IMG/VR virus record: IMGVR_UViG_3300031972_002304
Location: 2,522 to 66,521 of that record
Reading direction: 5' to 3' (one strand)
Source of the DNA: a virus
Length of the DNA stretch: 64,000 bases
A program made the position numbers and the translations under genes. Numbering within the stretch: position 1 is the stretch's first letter; every line of letters begins with the position of its first letter. Of the stretch, positions 19,775-29,182 are shown one piece after another. The notes under the pieces were generated by a model. That model was not told the DNA's origin, did no database searches, and was given only the letters and a program-made list of their open reading frames with translations.

Positions 19775-20200
19775 ATGCCTGCCGTGACGCATTGGTCCTC
19801 CCCCTTCATCGGCATGCCCTTCGAAGAGCGCGGGCGCGAAGCCCGCGGCGTGGATTGCTATGGGCTCGTGCGCCTCGTCCTTATGGAGGTGCAGAGGATC
19901 GCTCTGCCGAGCTTCACCGAATCCTATGTCAGCTGCGCCGAGCGCGAGATGATCGCCGCCGCCCTCGATGCCGGCGAGCGAGACCTGCCGCTGCGCCCGA
20001 TCCGCCGCGGCGACGAGGCGCCGTTCGACATCGTGGAGTTCGTCCGCGGCGGCATCTCCGATCACGTCGGCATCGTCGTGGAGCGCGGACGGATGCTGCA
20101 CATCGAAAGCGGCGGAGAAAGCCGCATCGAGCGCTACGACGTCGGCAAGTGGCTGCCGCGCCTCAAGGGCTTCTACAGACATCGGGATCTGATCCGGTGA
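19775..20200 (+). CDS. NlpC/P60 (C40) tail protein
   Basis: GVDCYGLV, HVGI, MLH motifs. Confidence 0.9.
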   Translation: MPAVTHWSSPFIGMPFEERGREARGVDCYGLVRLVLMEVQRIALPSFTESYVSCAEREMIAAALDAGERDLPLRPIRRGDEAPFDIVEFVRGGISDHVGIVVERGRMLHIESGGESRIERYDVGKWLPRLKGFYRHRDLIR

Positions 20201-23200
20201 ACCAACTCGTCCCGATCCAGCCTGCTCCTGACGGGGTCGCTTCGGCGGCCCTTTTTCATGAGCAGAAGAGCCTGTCCGTCCTCGCGCTGCCGACGCTGGA
20301 TCTCGGCAATCGCAGGGAGGTAACGCACCGCTACGGCATGACGGTTGCTGAGCTGGTGGCTGCAGAATTCCCTGGCCTCCCTCCTGAGCGCATGGCGATG
20401 GTGCGCGTCACCATCGGCAATTGGGAGATATCAGCGGCGGTCTGGCACCGCGTCCGGCCTCAGCCTGGCTGGACCGTCGTCGTCCGGATCGTCCCACATG
20501 GCGGCAATCTGCGGAGCATCCTATCGGTCGTGATTTCGGTTGCGGCCATCGCCATCGGTCAGTTCTATGTCGGGCCGTTGTTGGGGGCTGCAGCAGGCGC
20601 ATTCGCGACCGCGGCCATCGGCTTCGCAGGCAACTTGCTTCTGAACGCCCTGATCCCGGTCAAGGCACCGGGCGGAGACGAACGATCCCAGACATATGAT
20701 GTCCAGGGTTGGGAGAATGTCGTCAACCGAAACGGGCCGGTCGTCGACCTCATGGGCAGGCATCGTTGGGCGCCGCCGTCGCTGGCATCATCTTTCACCG
20801 AAACTATCGGCGACGAACGCTGGGTCACTGGCCTATTCGGCGGGTACGGGCCGCTTGAGATCGACGTCGACTCCATCAAGATCGGCGACACGCCGATCAC
20901 CGACCTCGAGGATGACGAATACGAGATCGAGATCCGCGAAGGCTATCCTGACGACGAGCCTTTGTCGCTCTATCCGGCACAGATTAGCGAGGTGCAGGTC
21001 GGCATCTCACTGCAGGAAACCGATGACGATGGAAAGCTATATCCAGTCACAAGGTCAAGCCCCCCTGACGCGGAAGAACTCTCCGTCGACATCGCATTTC
21101 CTGGCGGTCTAATTGACGTAAACGATAAGGGTGAAGAATATCAGCAGAATGTTCGTATAACTATTGAATACAGACTCGCTGGAACTGATACGTGGATATT
21201 TCTACCGGGTAATGAAGGCGATACGATAAGGATAACTGCAGAGACAAGAAAGCCTATATACAGAAGTTTCAGGTGGACGCCCGCAGTCAGAGGTCAATAT
21301 GAGCTTCGACTGACGCGCACCAGCGGTGAAGACAGTACGGCATCACAAGAAACGGTGTGGGCTTGCGTCCGCGCGCATCGGCCGGAGTATCCTCTGAATT
21401 TCCCGAAGCCGTTGGCGATGGTCTGCGCCAAGGTGAAGGGCACGCGCCTCACGAACGGCCAGCTGAAGGAACTGAACTTCGTCGCCCAGCGGGTTTGCAA
21501 GGATTGGGACGCGGAGACAGAGACGTGGATAGAGAGGCCTACCAGCAGCCCGGCCTCGCTGCGGCGCTGGAGCCTGCAGGGGCCGGCGAACGCCAAGCCG
21601 CTAGCCGATGCCGACATCGACCTCGCCTACTTCGCTGACTGGCACGAATGGTGCGATGGGCTTGGCCTCGAGTATAACAGGGTCCACGACTACGACGCGT
21701 CGATCGAGGAGGTGGCACAGGACATCTGCCGGGTCGGCCGGGCGACGCCGCAGAACTATGGCACGCAGGAAACCGTCTGCATCGACCGTCAGCAGACGGA
21801 GATCGTCTCGCACATCGGCCCGCGCAACGCCTGGGACATCAAAGGCTCGGTCCAGTCCATTGATCCGCCGGACGCCTGGCGGATCCCGTTTCGCGACGCT
21901 TCCAATCTTTGGGAGCAGCATGAGCGGATTGTCCCACGCCCCGGGTTGGTCGGCGCGCCGCAGCGCATCGAGGAGCTGAACGCCGACGGCATCACCGACC
22001 CGGCTCAGATCTGGTACTACGGCCGTCGCCGGTTCCTCGAGCTCGAATACCGCGCCGAGACTTGGACGGCATCCATGGACATCGAGAACCTCGTCTTGGT
22101 GCGGGGAAACCTCGTGCGGCTGTCGATGTTCGATGGGCAGACGAGCGCGAGGGTGAAGAGGGCCAGCGGCAGGTTCGTGGAGCTCGACGAACTTGTGGAG
22201 ATGGAGGAGGGCACCGACTACGGCGTTCGCTTTCGGCTGCGCGATGGCTCCTCCGTGCTCTGGATCGTTGCGGCCACCCCCGGCGAGACCAAAGGGCTGC
22301 GTCTAGTCTCGATCTCCTCCCGCTATGCGGCCGATAACGACGAAGATTACCGCCCGACGGACAACGACTGGCTCCCGCAGGGCCGCGAGATGATCGACGG
22401 CGAGCGCTATGACGGCGACCTCGCCTTCTTCGGCCCGCTGAACGGCGAGACCGTCGCGGCGATCGTGAAAGACATCGAGGGGGGCGAGGACTTCAGCGCC
22501 GTGATCACGCTCATGCCCGCCGCGCCAGAAATCGACGCCTTCCTCGAGACCGACACGCCGCCTGCCTGGGATGGCCGCGTCGGCGCCGAGGTGGAGATCG
22601 ACGTCGTTGCGCCGCGGACGCCGTTGATCACCAGCGTCAGGACTGGCGAGCAGGCCCGCCGCGATACCGACGATCCGGACGAATATCCGCCGATCAGGGT
22701 CATCGTCTCGGCGGCCGGCGCGACCCGCGTCACGGTCTACCAGATTCAACACCGCTTGCAAGGATATGGGACGTGGAGCGACCCACCGGCGACAGGATAT
22801 GCCTATAGCGGGGTCGTCGAGATCCCTGGTTACGATAAGGGCGACATCGTCGAGATGCAGCCGCGCGCAGTCGGGCAGACGGGGCTGACCAGCGCATGGG
22901 GGCCGACCGTGACGCGAACCGTCGGCGCCGAGGATCCGGAGGCAATGGCTGCGGTTTCAGGTGTATCGGTCACCGCCGATGACGATGCTGCGCTGATCAC
23001 CTGGACGACACCGAACGACAGCCGGCTCGAAGGAGTGCAGATCTTCCGCGTGCCGTCGGGGACGGCGTTCGCCGATGCAGAGCCGAGCGATATCATCGCG
23101 ACGGTTTACTCCGCTCCCAGCGCTTCCCCGCCAGCGGTTGTCGACGAAGCCGGCTACGGCGACTGGACGTGGTTCATCGTAGCGTTCGGCGATGGTGTCT

Positions 23201-23601
23201 TCTCCGATCCATCATCAGCTTCGGCCCCGCTCATGGGCCCGACGCTGATGACCAATGGCGGATTCGACACCGACACCGACTACGTGAAGGGCGCCGGCTA
23301 CTCGATCGGCTCCGGCGTCGCTACGAAGGCTGCTGGCAGTGTCTCTGTGATGTCGCAGAACATCGGTTCGCTCACCGCAGGGACGGAATACCGGCTGCAG
23401 GTCGAGGTGAAGACCTTCACCGCTGGGCAGATCCGCATGCGTCTGAGTGGCGGTTCGGTAGTGAACGGCCCGCTCCTTACCGGCGTTGGCCTGTTCTATT
23501 TGGACGTTACTGCGGTTTCCGGAAACAACACCGTCGAGTTCCTTTCCACATCGACCGCGGCGATGACGTTCGACGATGCGAGCGTCAGAAGGATTTCCTG
23601 A
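20197..23601 (+). CDS. Tail hub / host-specificity protein J-like
   Basis: GTGA coupling; IKIGDTPI, GQYELR, FN3-like and C-terminal carbohydrate-binding-like (NGGFDTD) segments. Confidence 0.88.
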   Translation: MNQLVPIQPAPDGVASAALFHEQKSLSVLALPTLDLGNRREVTHRYGMTVAELVAAEFPGLPPERMAMVRVTIGNWEISAAVWHRVRPQPGWTVVVRIVPHGGNLRSILSVVISVAAIAIGQFYVGPLLGAAAGAFATAAIGFAGNLLLNALIPVKAPGGDERSQTYDVQGWENVVNRNGPVVDLMGRHRWAPPSLASSFTETIGDERWVTGLFGGYGPLEIDVDSIKIGDTPITDLEDDEYEIEIREGYPDDEPLSLYPAQISEVQVGISLQETDDDGKLYPVTRSSPPDAEELSVDIAFPGGLIDVNDKGEEYQQNVRITIEYRLAGTDTWIFLPGNEGDTIRITAETRKPIYRSFRWTPAVRGQYELRLTRTSGEDSTASQETVWACVRAHRPEYPLNFPKPLAMVCAKVKGTRLTNGQLKELNFVAQRVCKDWDAETETWIERPTSSPASLRRWSLQGPANAKPLADADIDLAYFADWHEWCDGLGLEYNRVHDYDASIEEVAQDICRVGRATPQNYGTQETVCIDRQQTEIVSHIGPRNAWDIKGSVQSIDPPDAWRIPFRDASNLWEQHERIVPRPGLVGAPQRIEELNADGITDPAQIWYYGRRRFLELEYRAETWTASMDIENLVLVRGNLVRLSMFDGQTSARVKRASGRFVELDELVEMEEGTDYGVRFRLRDGSSVLWIVAATPGETKGLRLVSISSRYAADNDEDYRPTDNDWLPQGREMIDGERYDGDLAFFGPLNGETVAAIVKDIEGGEDFSAVITLMPAAPEIDAFLETDTPPAWDGRVGAEVEIDVVAPRTPLITSVRTGEQARRDTDDPDEYPPIRVIVSAAGATRVTVYQIQHRLQGYGTWSDPPATGYAYSGVVEIPGYDKGDIVEMQPRAVGQTGLTSAWGPTVTRTVGAEDPEAMAAVSGVSVTADDDAALITWTTPNDSRLEGVQIFRVPSGTAFADAEPSDIIATVYSAPSASPPAVVDEAGYGDWTWFIVAFGDGVFSDPSSASAPLMGPTLMTNGGFDTDTDYVKGAGYSIGSGVATKAAGSVSVMSQNIGSLTAGTEYRLQVEVKTFTAGQIRMRLSGGSVVNGPLLTGVGLFYLDVTAVSGNNTVEFLSTSTAAMTFDDASVRRIS

Positions 23602-23732
23602 CGGCGAGCGGCAGGGAGTCTCGTCGACGTTCCAGGAAATCAAAATGCAGTCCGCAGCCTGCGTCTTCGGCACAATCTGATCCGGCGCTCGCCGAGATCT
23701 TCATCTCAAATCGTTCAGATCAGGATTCCATC

Positions 23733-25790
23733 ATGGCGCTTGCAAGCGACCTCCCGTTGCTGTCGTCCGTCAGCCACCTCGTCGGGCTGGAGGATGTCTC
23801 TGGGCAATTCAGCGTTGGGCGTCTCTCGTTCTCGCTCCTCGTCGCCCAGCTTCTTTCCGAGGGTGGGATCGCGGACGAGATCAACGATCTCCGCGATTTG
23901 ATCGAGGCGTTGGATAGCGGCGCCTACAAGGGAACGTGGAATGCAGCTACTAACACCCCAGAGCTGGCATCCGGCGTAGGAACCGACAAAGATCGCTATC
24001 TGGTTTCGACCCCAGGCTCGACGGAGCTCGACGGCATCTCGTCGTGGTTTGCCGGCGATCAGCTGGTGTTCTCCGATGCAGCCGGCGGCGTGTGGCAGCG
24101 GATCGCTGGCACGACGGATTCCGCAACCTTGGCGGCGCTGGCGGCGAAGATCGCGAACGTCTTCCCTACGGAGGCTATCTGTGCCCCGAGCGGCACTCAG
24201 GCCCGCGTCGAATTTCGGCTCTCAGCTGGCGCGTTGGCGTCGGCCATGGCCATCCTGCTGGGCACTGGTGCGCTGTCTCTGCGAAACGGCACACGCGACT
24301 CCCTTCTCATCGACACAGCCGGCAACGTCATTATGCCGTTCACGCCGGACGCTCCGAAGCCAATCGGCACCACTCCGACGAAAGACATGGTGCGCAAGGG
24401 CTTCACGCCGTGGGGGGAGAAAACGGAGGAGCGCGAAGACCTCGTCGTTCCCCAGCTGTATCACGTCAGCGCGGGCGACGCGTATCACCAGCTTGTGGTG
24501 CAGACATCAGACCGCACCCTTCAGTGCGAGCACCTGGCGGCAGGCTTCGCCGTCGAGATCCATACGGACGGAGTGGGCGTCCGGCTGGACGCCGGCATTG
24601 ACCGGGAATGGTTCGGCGTCTCGGGATCGCCGCGCTTCATCGACGTCAGCGCCGACGCCATCGTGCAGATCAGGGCGCTGCGGACGGGATCCAACAAACT
24701 GCGGATCACGGTCCTGGCCGGCTCGCCGACCATCGCTGCGTCGGCGTCGCAGCTGGAAGCTATCGCCGACAAGACCGTCGCGATGATGTTCCAGTCGCTC
24801 GGCTACCGGCTGTTCAATGGCTTTGGCCTGGAGGGCATCCAGCGTGCGCTTCGGGATGCCGGGTACACGGCGACGATCCGCTTCATCAACCTGGCGACGC
24901 CGAACACCTCGCTTCTGGAGGGCAACGATACCGGGACCGGCCATTGGGTGAAGGACGACCATACGGCTGGCTCGTTGCTCCTCCCAGCTCTGGTCGCTCT
25001 GGCTTCGCTGACCGCCGCGCAGCCGGGCGGGGCAGGCCAGCCGGCGCCGTCGGCCGTCGTTGCCAACGGTGGACAGAACGAAGTCACCAAGATCAACGAC
25101 AATGCCGCCTACACGACAATGGCCGCCGTCTCGACGGGCTATCAGGACTTCGGCGACCTGATTGACGCGGCCTATCCTGGATGCAAGTTGATCGTCACAC
25201 CACTGCCATCTCGCGACGGGCAACTTTCCGGGGTGACATGGCAGCAGCTCGTGCGCCGGGCGCAACTGGATGCCATCGCGACGTCGAGCAAGCTCGCCCT
25301 CGGCGAGGAGACCTACGACCTCATCCGACGGCCCGAAGACGTCCACATGCCCTGCGAGAGCCAGCGCATTCAGGGCTATCGCCTCGGTAAGATCCTGCAC
25401 AACATCATCGGTGGCGGCAGCAATTACCTTGGGCCGGTGATCACCAAGATCACCCGCGTCTCCGACACGACGCTTGATTTCACGGTGGACTGGAGCGGCG
25501 GGGCTGCCATCGAAGCGCAGTATTTCAATGAAGGCTGGCCTGACTGGTGGGTTACCGCGGTCGGCGCGGCGACCAAGAATCAGACGTACCAGACGCCGAT
25601 CAAATGCGACTTGCAGGCCACGGTCGGCTCGACGCGCCGCTATCGCCTGACCTTCGCCACCACTCTCCCTGCAGATCTCATCGCCTCCTACCCAGGCGGA
25701 TACTGCGACAACAGCGAGACCGGGCGAGGCATGAACGACAACACCAACGTTCTTCCGCTGCGCAGCGTCGCGATGGAAGACACCCCGTAA
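23733..25790 (+). CDS. Tail fibre/spike with SGNH esterase-like domain
   Basis: AGGA RBS; YKGTWNA anchor motif; FQS, GGQNE, EDVH motifs. Confidence 0.7.
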   Translation: MALASDLPLLSSVSHLVGLEDVSGQFSVGRLSFSLLVAQLLSEGGIADEINDLRDLIEALDSGAYKGTWNAATNTPELASGVGTDKDRYLVSTPGSTELDGISSWFAGDQLVFSDAAGGVWQRIAGTTDSATLAALAAKIANVFPTEAICAPSGTQARVEFRLSAGALASAMAILLGTGALSLRNGTRDSLLIDTAGNVIMPFTPDAPKPIGTTPTKDMVRKGFTPWGEKTEEREDLVVPQLYHVSAGDAYHQLVVQTSDRTLQCEHLAAGFAVEIHTDGVGVRLDAGIDREWFGVSGSPRFIDVSADAIVQIRALRTGSNKLRITVLAGSPTIAASASQLEAIADKTVAMMFQSLGYRLFNGFGLEGIQRALRDAGYTATIRFINLATPNTSLLEGNDTGTGHWVKDDHTAGSLLLPALVALASLTAAQPGGAGQPAPSAVVANGGQNEVTKINDNAAYTTMAAVSTGYQDFGDLIDAAYPGCKLIVTPLPSRDGQLSGVTWQQLVRRAQLDAIATSSKLALGEETYDLIRRPEDVHMPCESQRIQGYRLGKILHNIIGGGSNYLGPVITKITRVSDTTLDFTVDWSGGAAIEAQYFNEGWPDWWVTAVGAATKNQTYQTPIKCDLQATVGSTRRYRLTFATTLPADLIASYPGGYCDNSETGRGMNDNTNVLPLRSVAMEDTP

Positions 25791-25799
25791 GGAGCAACC

Positions 25800-26069
25800 A
25801 TGCCCACTGTGAAAATGAGCCACGATGGAACCGGCTTCGTGCTTGAAGGCGCCCCCGGCTACAACGAGAGCACAGCAGTCGAATACGACCTGCCGACCGG
25901 GTCACGGGTGCAGCCCTTCATCGTTTACGGATACCGCGGCGGAGGCGTCGATATCGTCCAGATCGGCGAATATCGCGACACGACGAAGGTCAATGGCAAG
26001 GTCGTTGAGCGCATCCGCCCGCAGCTGGAGTTGCCGCCTGAGATGCCGATTCTCGACCCGGTCGGCTGA
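25800..26069 (+). CDS. Hypothetical protein
   Basis: AAGGAG RBS; follows fibre gene. Confidence 0.65.
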   Translation: MPTVKMSHDGTGFVLEGAPGYNESTAVEYDLPTGSRVQPFIVYGYRGGGVDIVQIGEYRDTTKVNGKVVERIRPQLELPPEMPILDPVG

Positions 26070-26101
26070 TCTCGCCCATCCACCCGTAGCAAAACAACAT
26101 C

Positions 26102-26131
26102 GCCCGGCCGCATCTCGCGAGCCGGGTTTTT
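26102..26131 (+). terminator. Intrinsic terminator-like hairpin before endolysin
   Basis: GCCCGGC...GCCGGG followed by T run. Confidence 0.5.
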
Positions 26132-26145
26132 CGTGCGAGGACATC

Positions 26146-26877
26146 ATGAGCAACGCAATGGCCGAGGCCATCGTGAAGTCGGTGCAGACCCGTCTGCAGG
26201 AGCTTCGCTACTATGACGGCGGCATCGACGGCGACGCCGGCCCGAAGACCGAAGGCGCGATTACCGAGTTCAAGCGGGCGCACGGGCTGACACCTCGCCC
26301 GTATCCGGTCATCTCGACACTGCATCTCCTCTTTGACGAGAATGCCAAGCCAGCCGCCGCGAAGGCGCCGATCGCGACGCAGGACGGGTCGAAGGAGCCG
26401 GCATGGATGATCGACGTGCGCTCCAGGCTGGGGCTGCACGAGGTCAACAACTATACGGAGCTGTCGAAGTATCTTCGATCGGATGGCGCGACGCTCGGCG
26501 ACCCGCGCAAGCTGCCCTGGTGCGGCGATCTGGTCGCCACCGCGATCAAGCTGGCGCTGCCGGACGAGCCGCTGCCGGCCAATCCCTATCTCGCCCGCAA
26601 CTGGCTGAAGTTCGGCGTCGAGACGAAGCCCCGGGTCGGCGCCGTCATGGTGTTCTGGCGCGGCTCGCGGAACGGCATCTCCGGTCACGTCGCCTTCTAT
26701 GTCGGCGAGGACGCGACGACCTATCACATCCTCGGCGGAAACCAGTCGAACAAGATCTCGATCACCCGCATCGCCAAGGATCGCTTCCTCGGCGCGCGCT
26801 GGCCCAAAGGCGACGCCAGCCAGACCGGCACCGTCACCACGAGCGCCGCCGGCGCCGTTTCCACCAACGAGGCCTGA
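26146..26877 (+). CDS. Endolysin: peptidoglycan-binding domain + TIGR02594-like (NlpC/P60/CHAP) peptidase
   Basis: IDGDAGPKT; PWCG, GHVAFY, LGGNQS motifs. Confidence 0.9.
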   Translation: MSNAMAEAIVKSVQTRLQELRYYDGGIDGDAGPKTEGAITEFKRAHGLTPRPYPVISTLHLLFDENAKPAAAKAPIATQDGSKEPAWMIDVRSRLGLHEVNNYTELSKYLRSDGATLGDPRKLPWCGDLVATAIKLALPDEPLPANPYLARNWLKFGVETKPRVGAVMVFWRGSRNGISGHVAFYVGEDATTYHILGGNQSNKISITRIAKDRFLGARWPKGDASQTGTVTTSAAGAVSTNEA

Positions 26878-26881
26878 CACC

Positions 26882-27208
26882 ATGCTCGACCATCTAACGC
26901 CAATCCAGTCGACGAACAAGGCCAACATGGGGGCGGGCGGCGCTGCCGGCGGAATGACCGTCGGCAGCGCCGTGGCTCTGCTCTGGTCGATGACCTCGTG
27001 GTTTCCCGCGGAGTGGGCTGGCAGCCCCGCCGCGATCGTCGCGGTGGTCTTTCTGCTCAATCTGCTCTTCGGCAGCGTCGGGTCGTGGATTGCGACATAT
27101 CGAGCGCGTGAGCTTCGCCTTGATAGCTCGCGTTACGACGCGGCGGCCAAGGCCGGCGAGGCGCCGGCGGTTCCCTCGCGGGTGCTGGCGACGCGGAGGG
27201 AAGGCTGA
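26882..27208 (+). CDS. Putative holin
   Basis: Two hydrophobic segments; directly after endolysin. Confidence 0.6.
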   Translation: MLDHLTPIQSTNKANMGAGGAAGGMTVGSAVALLWSMTSWFPAEWAGSPAAIVAVVFLLNLLFGSVGSWIATYRARELRLDSSRYDAAAKAGEAPAVPSRVLATRREG

Positions 27209-27300
27209 TGCGCTGGATAGCGGCATTCTTCCTTCTCGCCGTCGCCGGCACGGCGATCGTCCTCATCGCCTTGGAACAAGGTCTTCAGGCGGTGCCGTGA
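27208..27300 (+). CDS. 30-aa membrane peptide
   Basis: TGATG coupling; MRWIAAFFLLAVAGTAIVLIALEQGLQAVP. Confidence 0.45.
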   Translation: MRWIAAFFLLAVAGTAIVLIALEQGLQAVP

Positions 27301-27325
27301 GCATGCCGCAGCATAGGATACCATC

Positions 27326-27745
27326 ATGGCGAACACTGCCGACATCGCCGGTTTGACCGTCTCTCTGCCGCTGCTCTTCGGATTCGGAGGGACGTTGGCC
27401 GCGGTCCTGGGGGCCTGGTACGATCTGAGGGCGCGATCGCTTTCCAATAGTCGCCAGATCACGGAACTTGAGATCGACCTCGAAAAGCAGCGCACCGCCC
27501 TGCAGACCGAGCTCGACAAGGAAATGGCGGCGATGGGCCGGCGGGTCGAGACTGCCGACCTCAAGGCCGGCGCCGTCGCGGCGCGGCTGGAAATCCACGA
27601 GGAGCGGTTCCACAATTACCGGGTCGAGGCGGCGGAGAAGTTCGTCACCTCAGAGCAACTGGAGCGCATGCGGGTGGAGATGACCGCCGGATTCCAGCGG
27701 ATCGAGGAGAAGCTCGACCGGAGGCCGGCGCCGCGTCAGGGCTGA
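27326..27745 (+). CDS. Single-TM coiled-coil lysis-region protein
   Basis: N-terminal TM, RIEEKLD C-terminus. Confidence 0.65.
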   Translation: MANTADIAGLTVSLPLLFGFGGTLAAVLGAWYDLRARSLSNSRQITELEIDLEKQRTALQTELDKEMAAMGRRVETADLKAGAVAARLEIHEERFHNYRVEAAEKFVTSEQLERMRVEMTAGFQRIEEKLDRRPAPRQG

Positions 27746-27763
27746 ACTATCGTCCTTGAAGCC

Positions 27764-27799
27764 AAAGCCCGCCGCTCCTGACAGGGGGCGGCGGGCTTT
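27764..27799. terminator. Bidirectional terminator hairpin
   Basis: AAAGCCCGCCGCTCCT-GAC-AGGGGGCGGCGGGCTTT. Confidence 0.75.
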
Positions 27800-27875
27800 C
27801 TGCGTCTGAGATACTGTCTTTTCGCTCTCGTCGCCGTATGCTGCTGCGCAGTAAGATCACGAGCGAGGCAGAACG

Positions 27876-28838
27876 ATGAACTCCACCGACATATTGAAGG
27901 CGACGTTTCGCAACAAAAACAGACACTACCCAGGGCATGAGGACAAGCGGCAAGTCTCGTTCCCTGATCGGGTTGAAATCGGCCGCCAGCAAAACATGAT
28001 CCGCCCCGCGCTGCGGCCGAGTTTTCAAATCAAGCGCTCTTCCTCGGTTTTCACCATCGGATCGTGCTTCGCGCGCAACGTCGAGAGGTTCCTTTTGGCC
28101 GAAGGTGTTGACGTGCCGGCGGCAAGCTTTCGCGTTCCTGAAGGCGAAGTCCCAGGGGGCGAGAACCGGGTCTTGAACCAGTACAACCCCGGATCGATGG
28201 CGCAGGCCATCCAATTCGCGAGCGAGCCAGTCCATTACGATGGCATTGTCGAGACCGCCTCCGGAGCGGTCGACCTGCTTCTCGCGACTGGCACGAGACC
28301 GGTAAGCATAGACCGCGCTCGCGAGAGGCGCGAGCAGGTTCACGACCTATACCGTCGGAGCATTGATCAAGCCGATGTTGTTCTCATCACACTCGGGTTG
28401 GTGGAGGCATGGCGCGACAAGCAGACCGGCCTATGGCTCAATGATGTTCTTGTCGGGCATGTCCGATCCGAACCAGACAGGTATGAATTCCATCAAATGA
28501 ACGTCGCGCAGTGCGAGGAAATGATTACGCAGATGATCGCCTCGCTCGGCGAGAAGAATGTCGTCGTGACCGTTTCGCCTGTGCCGCTTCAGATGACATT
28601 TACAGACGATGATTGTGTCGTGGCGAACACGACATCAAAGGCCACTTTGCGAGTTGCGGCGGATCTGGTCTGCAAGAAATTCCCGAATGTTGACTATTAC
28701 CCGTCGTTTGAAATGGTTACGCTACTTGGTGCGACGGCGTATGGATATGACAACGTCCATGTGAGGGACTACATCGTCCATCATGTTGTGAACTACATGC
28801 TCACATCGTACCTTGAGAAACTTAGCGGCAGACATTAG
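27876..28838 (+). CDS. GSCFA-family (SGNH-like) protein, moron
   Basis: TIGSCFARN, ITLGLVEAW, TVSPVPL, SKATLR, YYPSFE, HV motifs; lower GC than flanks. Confidence 0.9.
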   Translation: MNSTDILKATFRNKNRHYPGHEDKRQVSFPDRVEIGRQQNMIRPALRPSFQIKRSSSVFTIGSCFARNVERFLLAEGVDVPAASFRVPEGEVPGGENRVLNQYNPGSMAQAIQFASEPVHYDGIVETASGAVDLLLATGTRPVSIDRARERREQVHDLYRRSIDQADVVLITLGLVEAWRDKQTGLWLNDVLVGHVRSEPDRYEFHQMNVAQCEEMITQMIASLGEKNVVVTVSPVPLQMTFTDDDCVVANTTSKATLRVAADLVCKKFPNVDYYPSFEMVTLLGATAYGYDNVHVRDYIVHHVVNYMLTSYLEKLSGRH

Positions 28839-28874
28839 CCCGCCGCTCCCGGTGAGGAGCGGCGGGCCTTCTGC
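28837..28874. terminator. Hairpin, near copy of 27764 hairpin
   Basis: AGCCCGCCGCTCC-CGGTGA-GGAGCGGCGGGCCTTCTGC between convergent genes. Confidence 0.7.
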
Positions 28875-28876
28875 AT

Positions 28877-29149
28877 TCAGAACCGCAGATGACGGCTCAT
28901 GTCCATCTTGGCCGGGGCGGGCGAGCGCGAGCCGTTCCAGTCATCAGCTGCAAGGTCGGACGCCAGCGCTTCCCACTCTTCCGGCGAACCGAATACGGCG
29001 CCCATCTGGCCATCTTCGGGGGTGAAGTAGATCCCGGTCTTCTCGCCGCAGGACGTGCAGGCCGCATAGACCTCGCCGCCGACGCTCTTCATCTCGGCCT
29101 TGCCGCCGCATGCGCAAGGCGCAAGGCGGCCGTTTTCGATATTCGTCAT
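28877..29149 (-). CDS. Lar-like (restriction alleviation) zinc-finger protein
   Basis: LAPCACGGKA, CTSCG, terminal WN motif. Confidence 0.6.
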   Translation of the reverse strand: MTNIENGRLAPCACGGKAEMKSVGGEVYAACTSCGEKTGIYFTPEDGQMGAVFGSPEEWEALASDLAADDWNGSRSPAPAKMDMSRHLRF

Positions 29150-29182
29150 TTCATGGGCTCCCGTGAGGTTGGGCGGACCATA

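Noticed and set aside
21030-21350. Low-GC patch as a DGR variable region
   Set aside because: No reverse transcriptase or template repeat in the window; the patch is internal rather than C-terminal
23169-23732. N-terminal extension of the tail fibre ORF (likewise 19792, 42325, 46592, 51323 extensions)
   Set aside because: Overlaps upstream genes; better starts with RBS or stop-start coupling lie downstream
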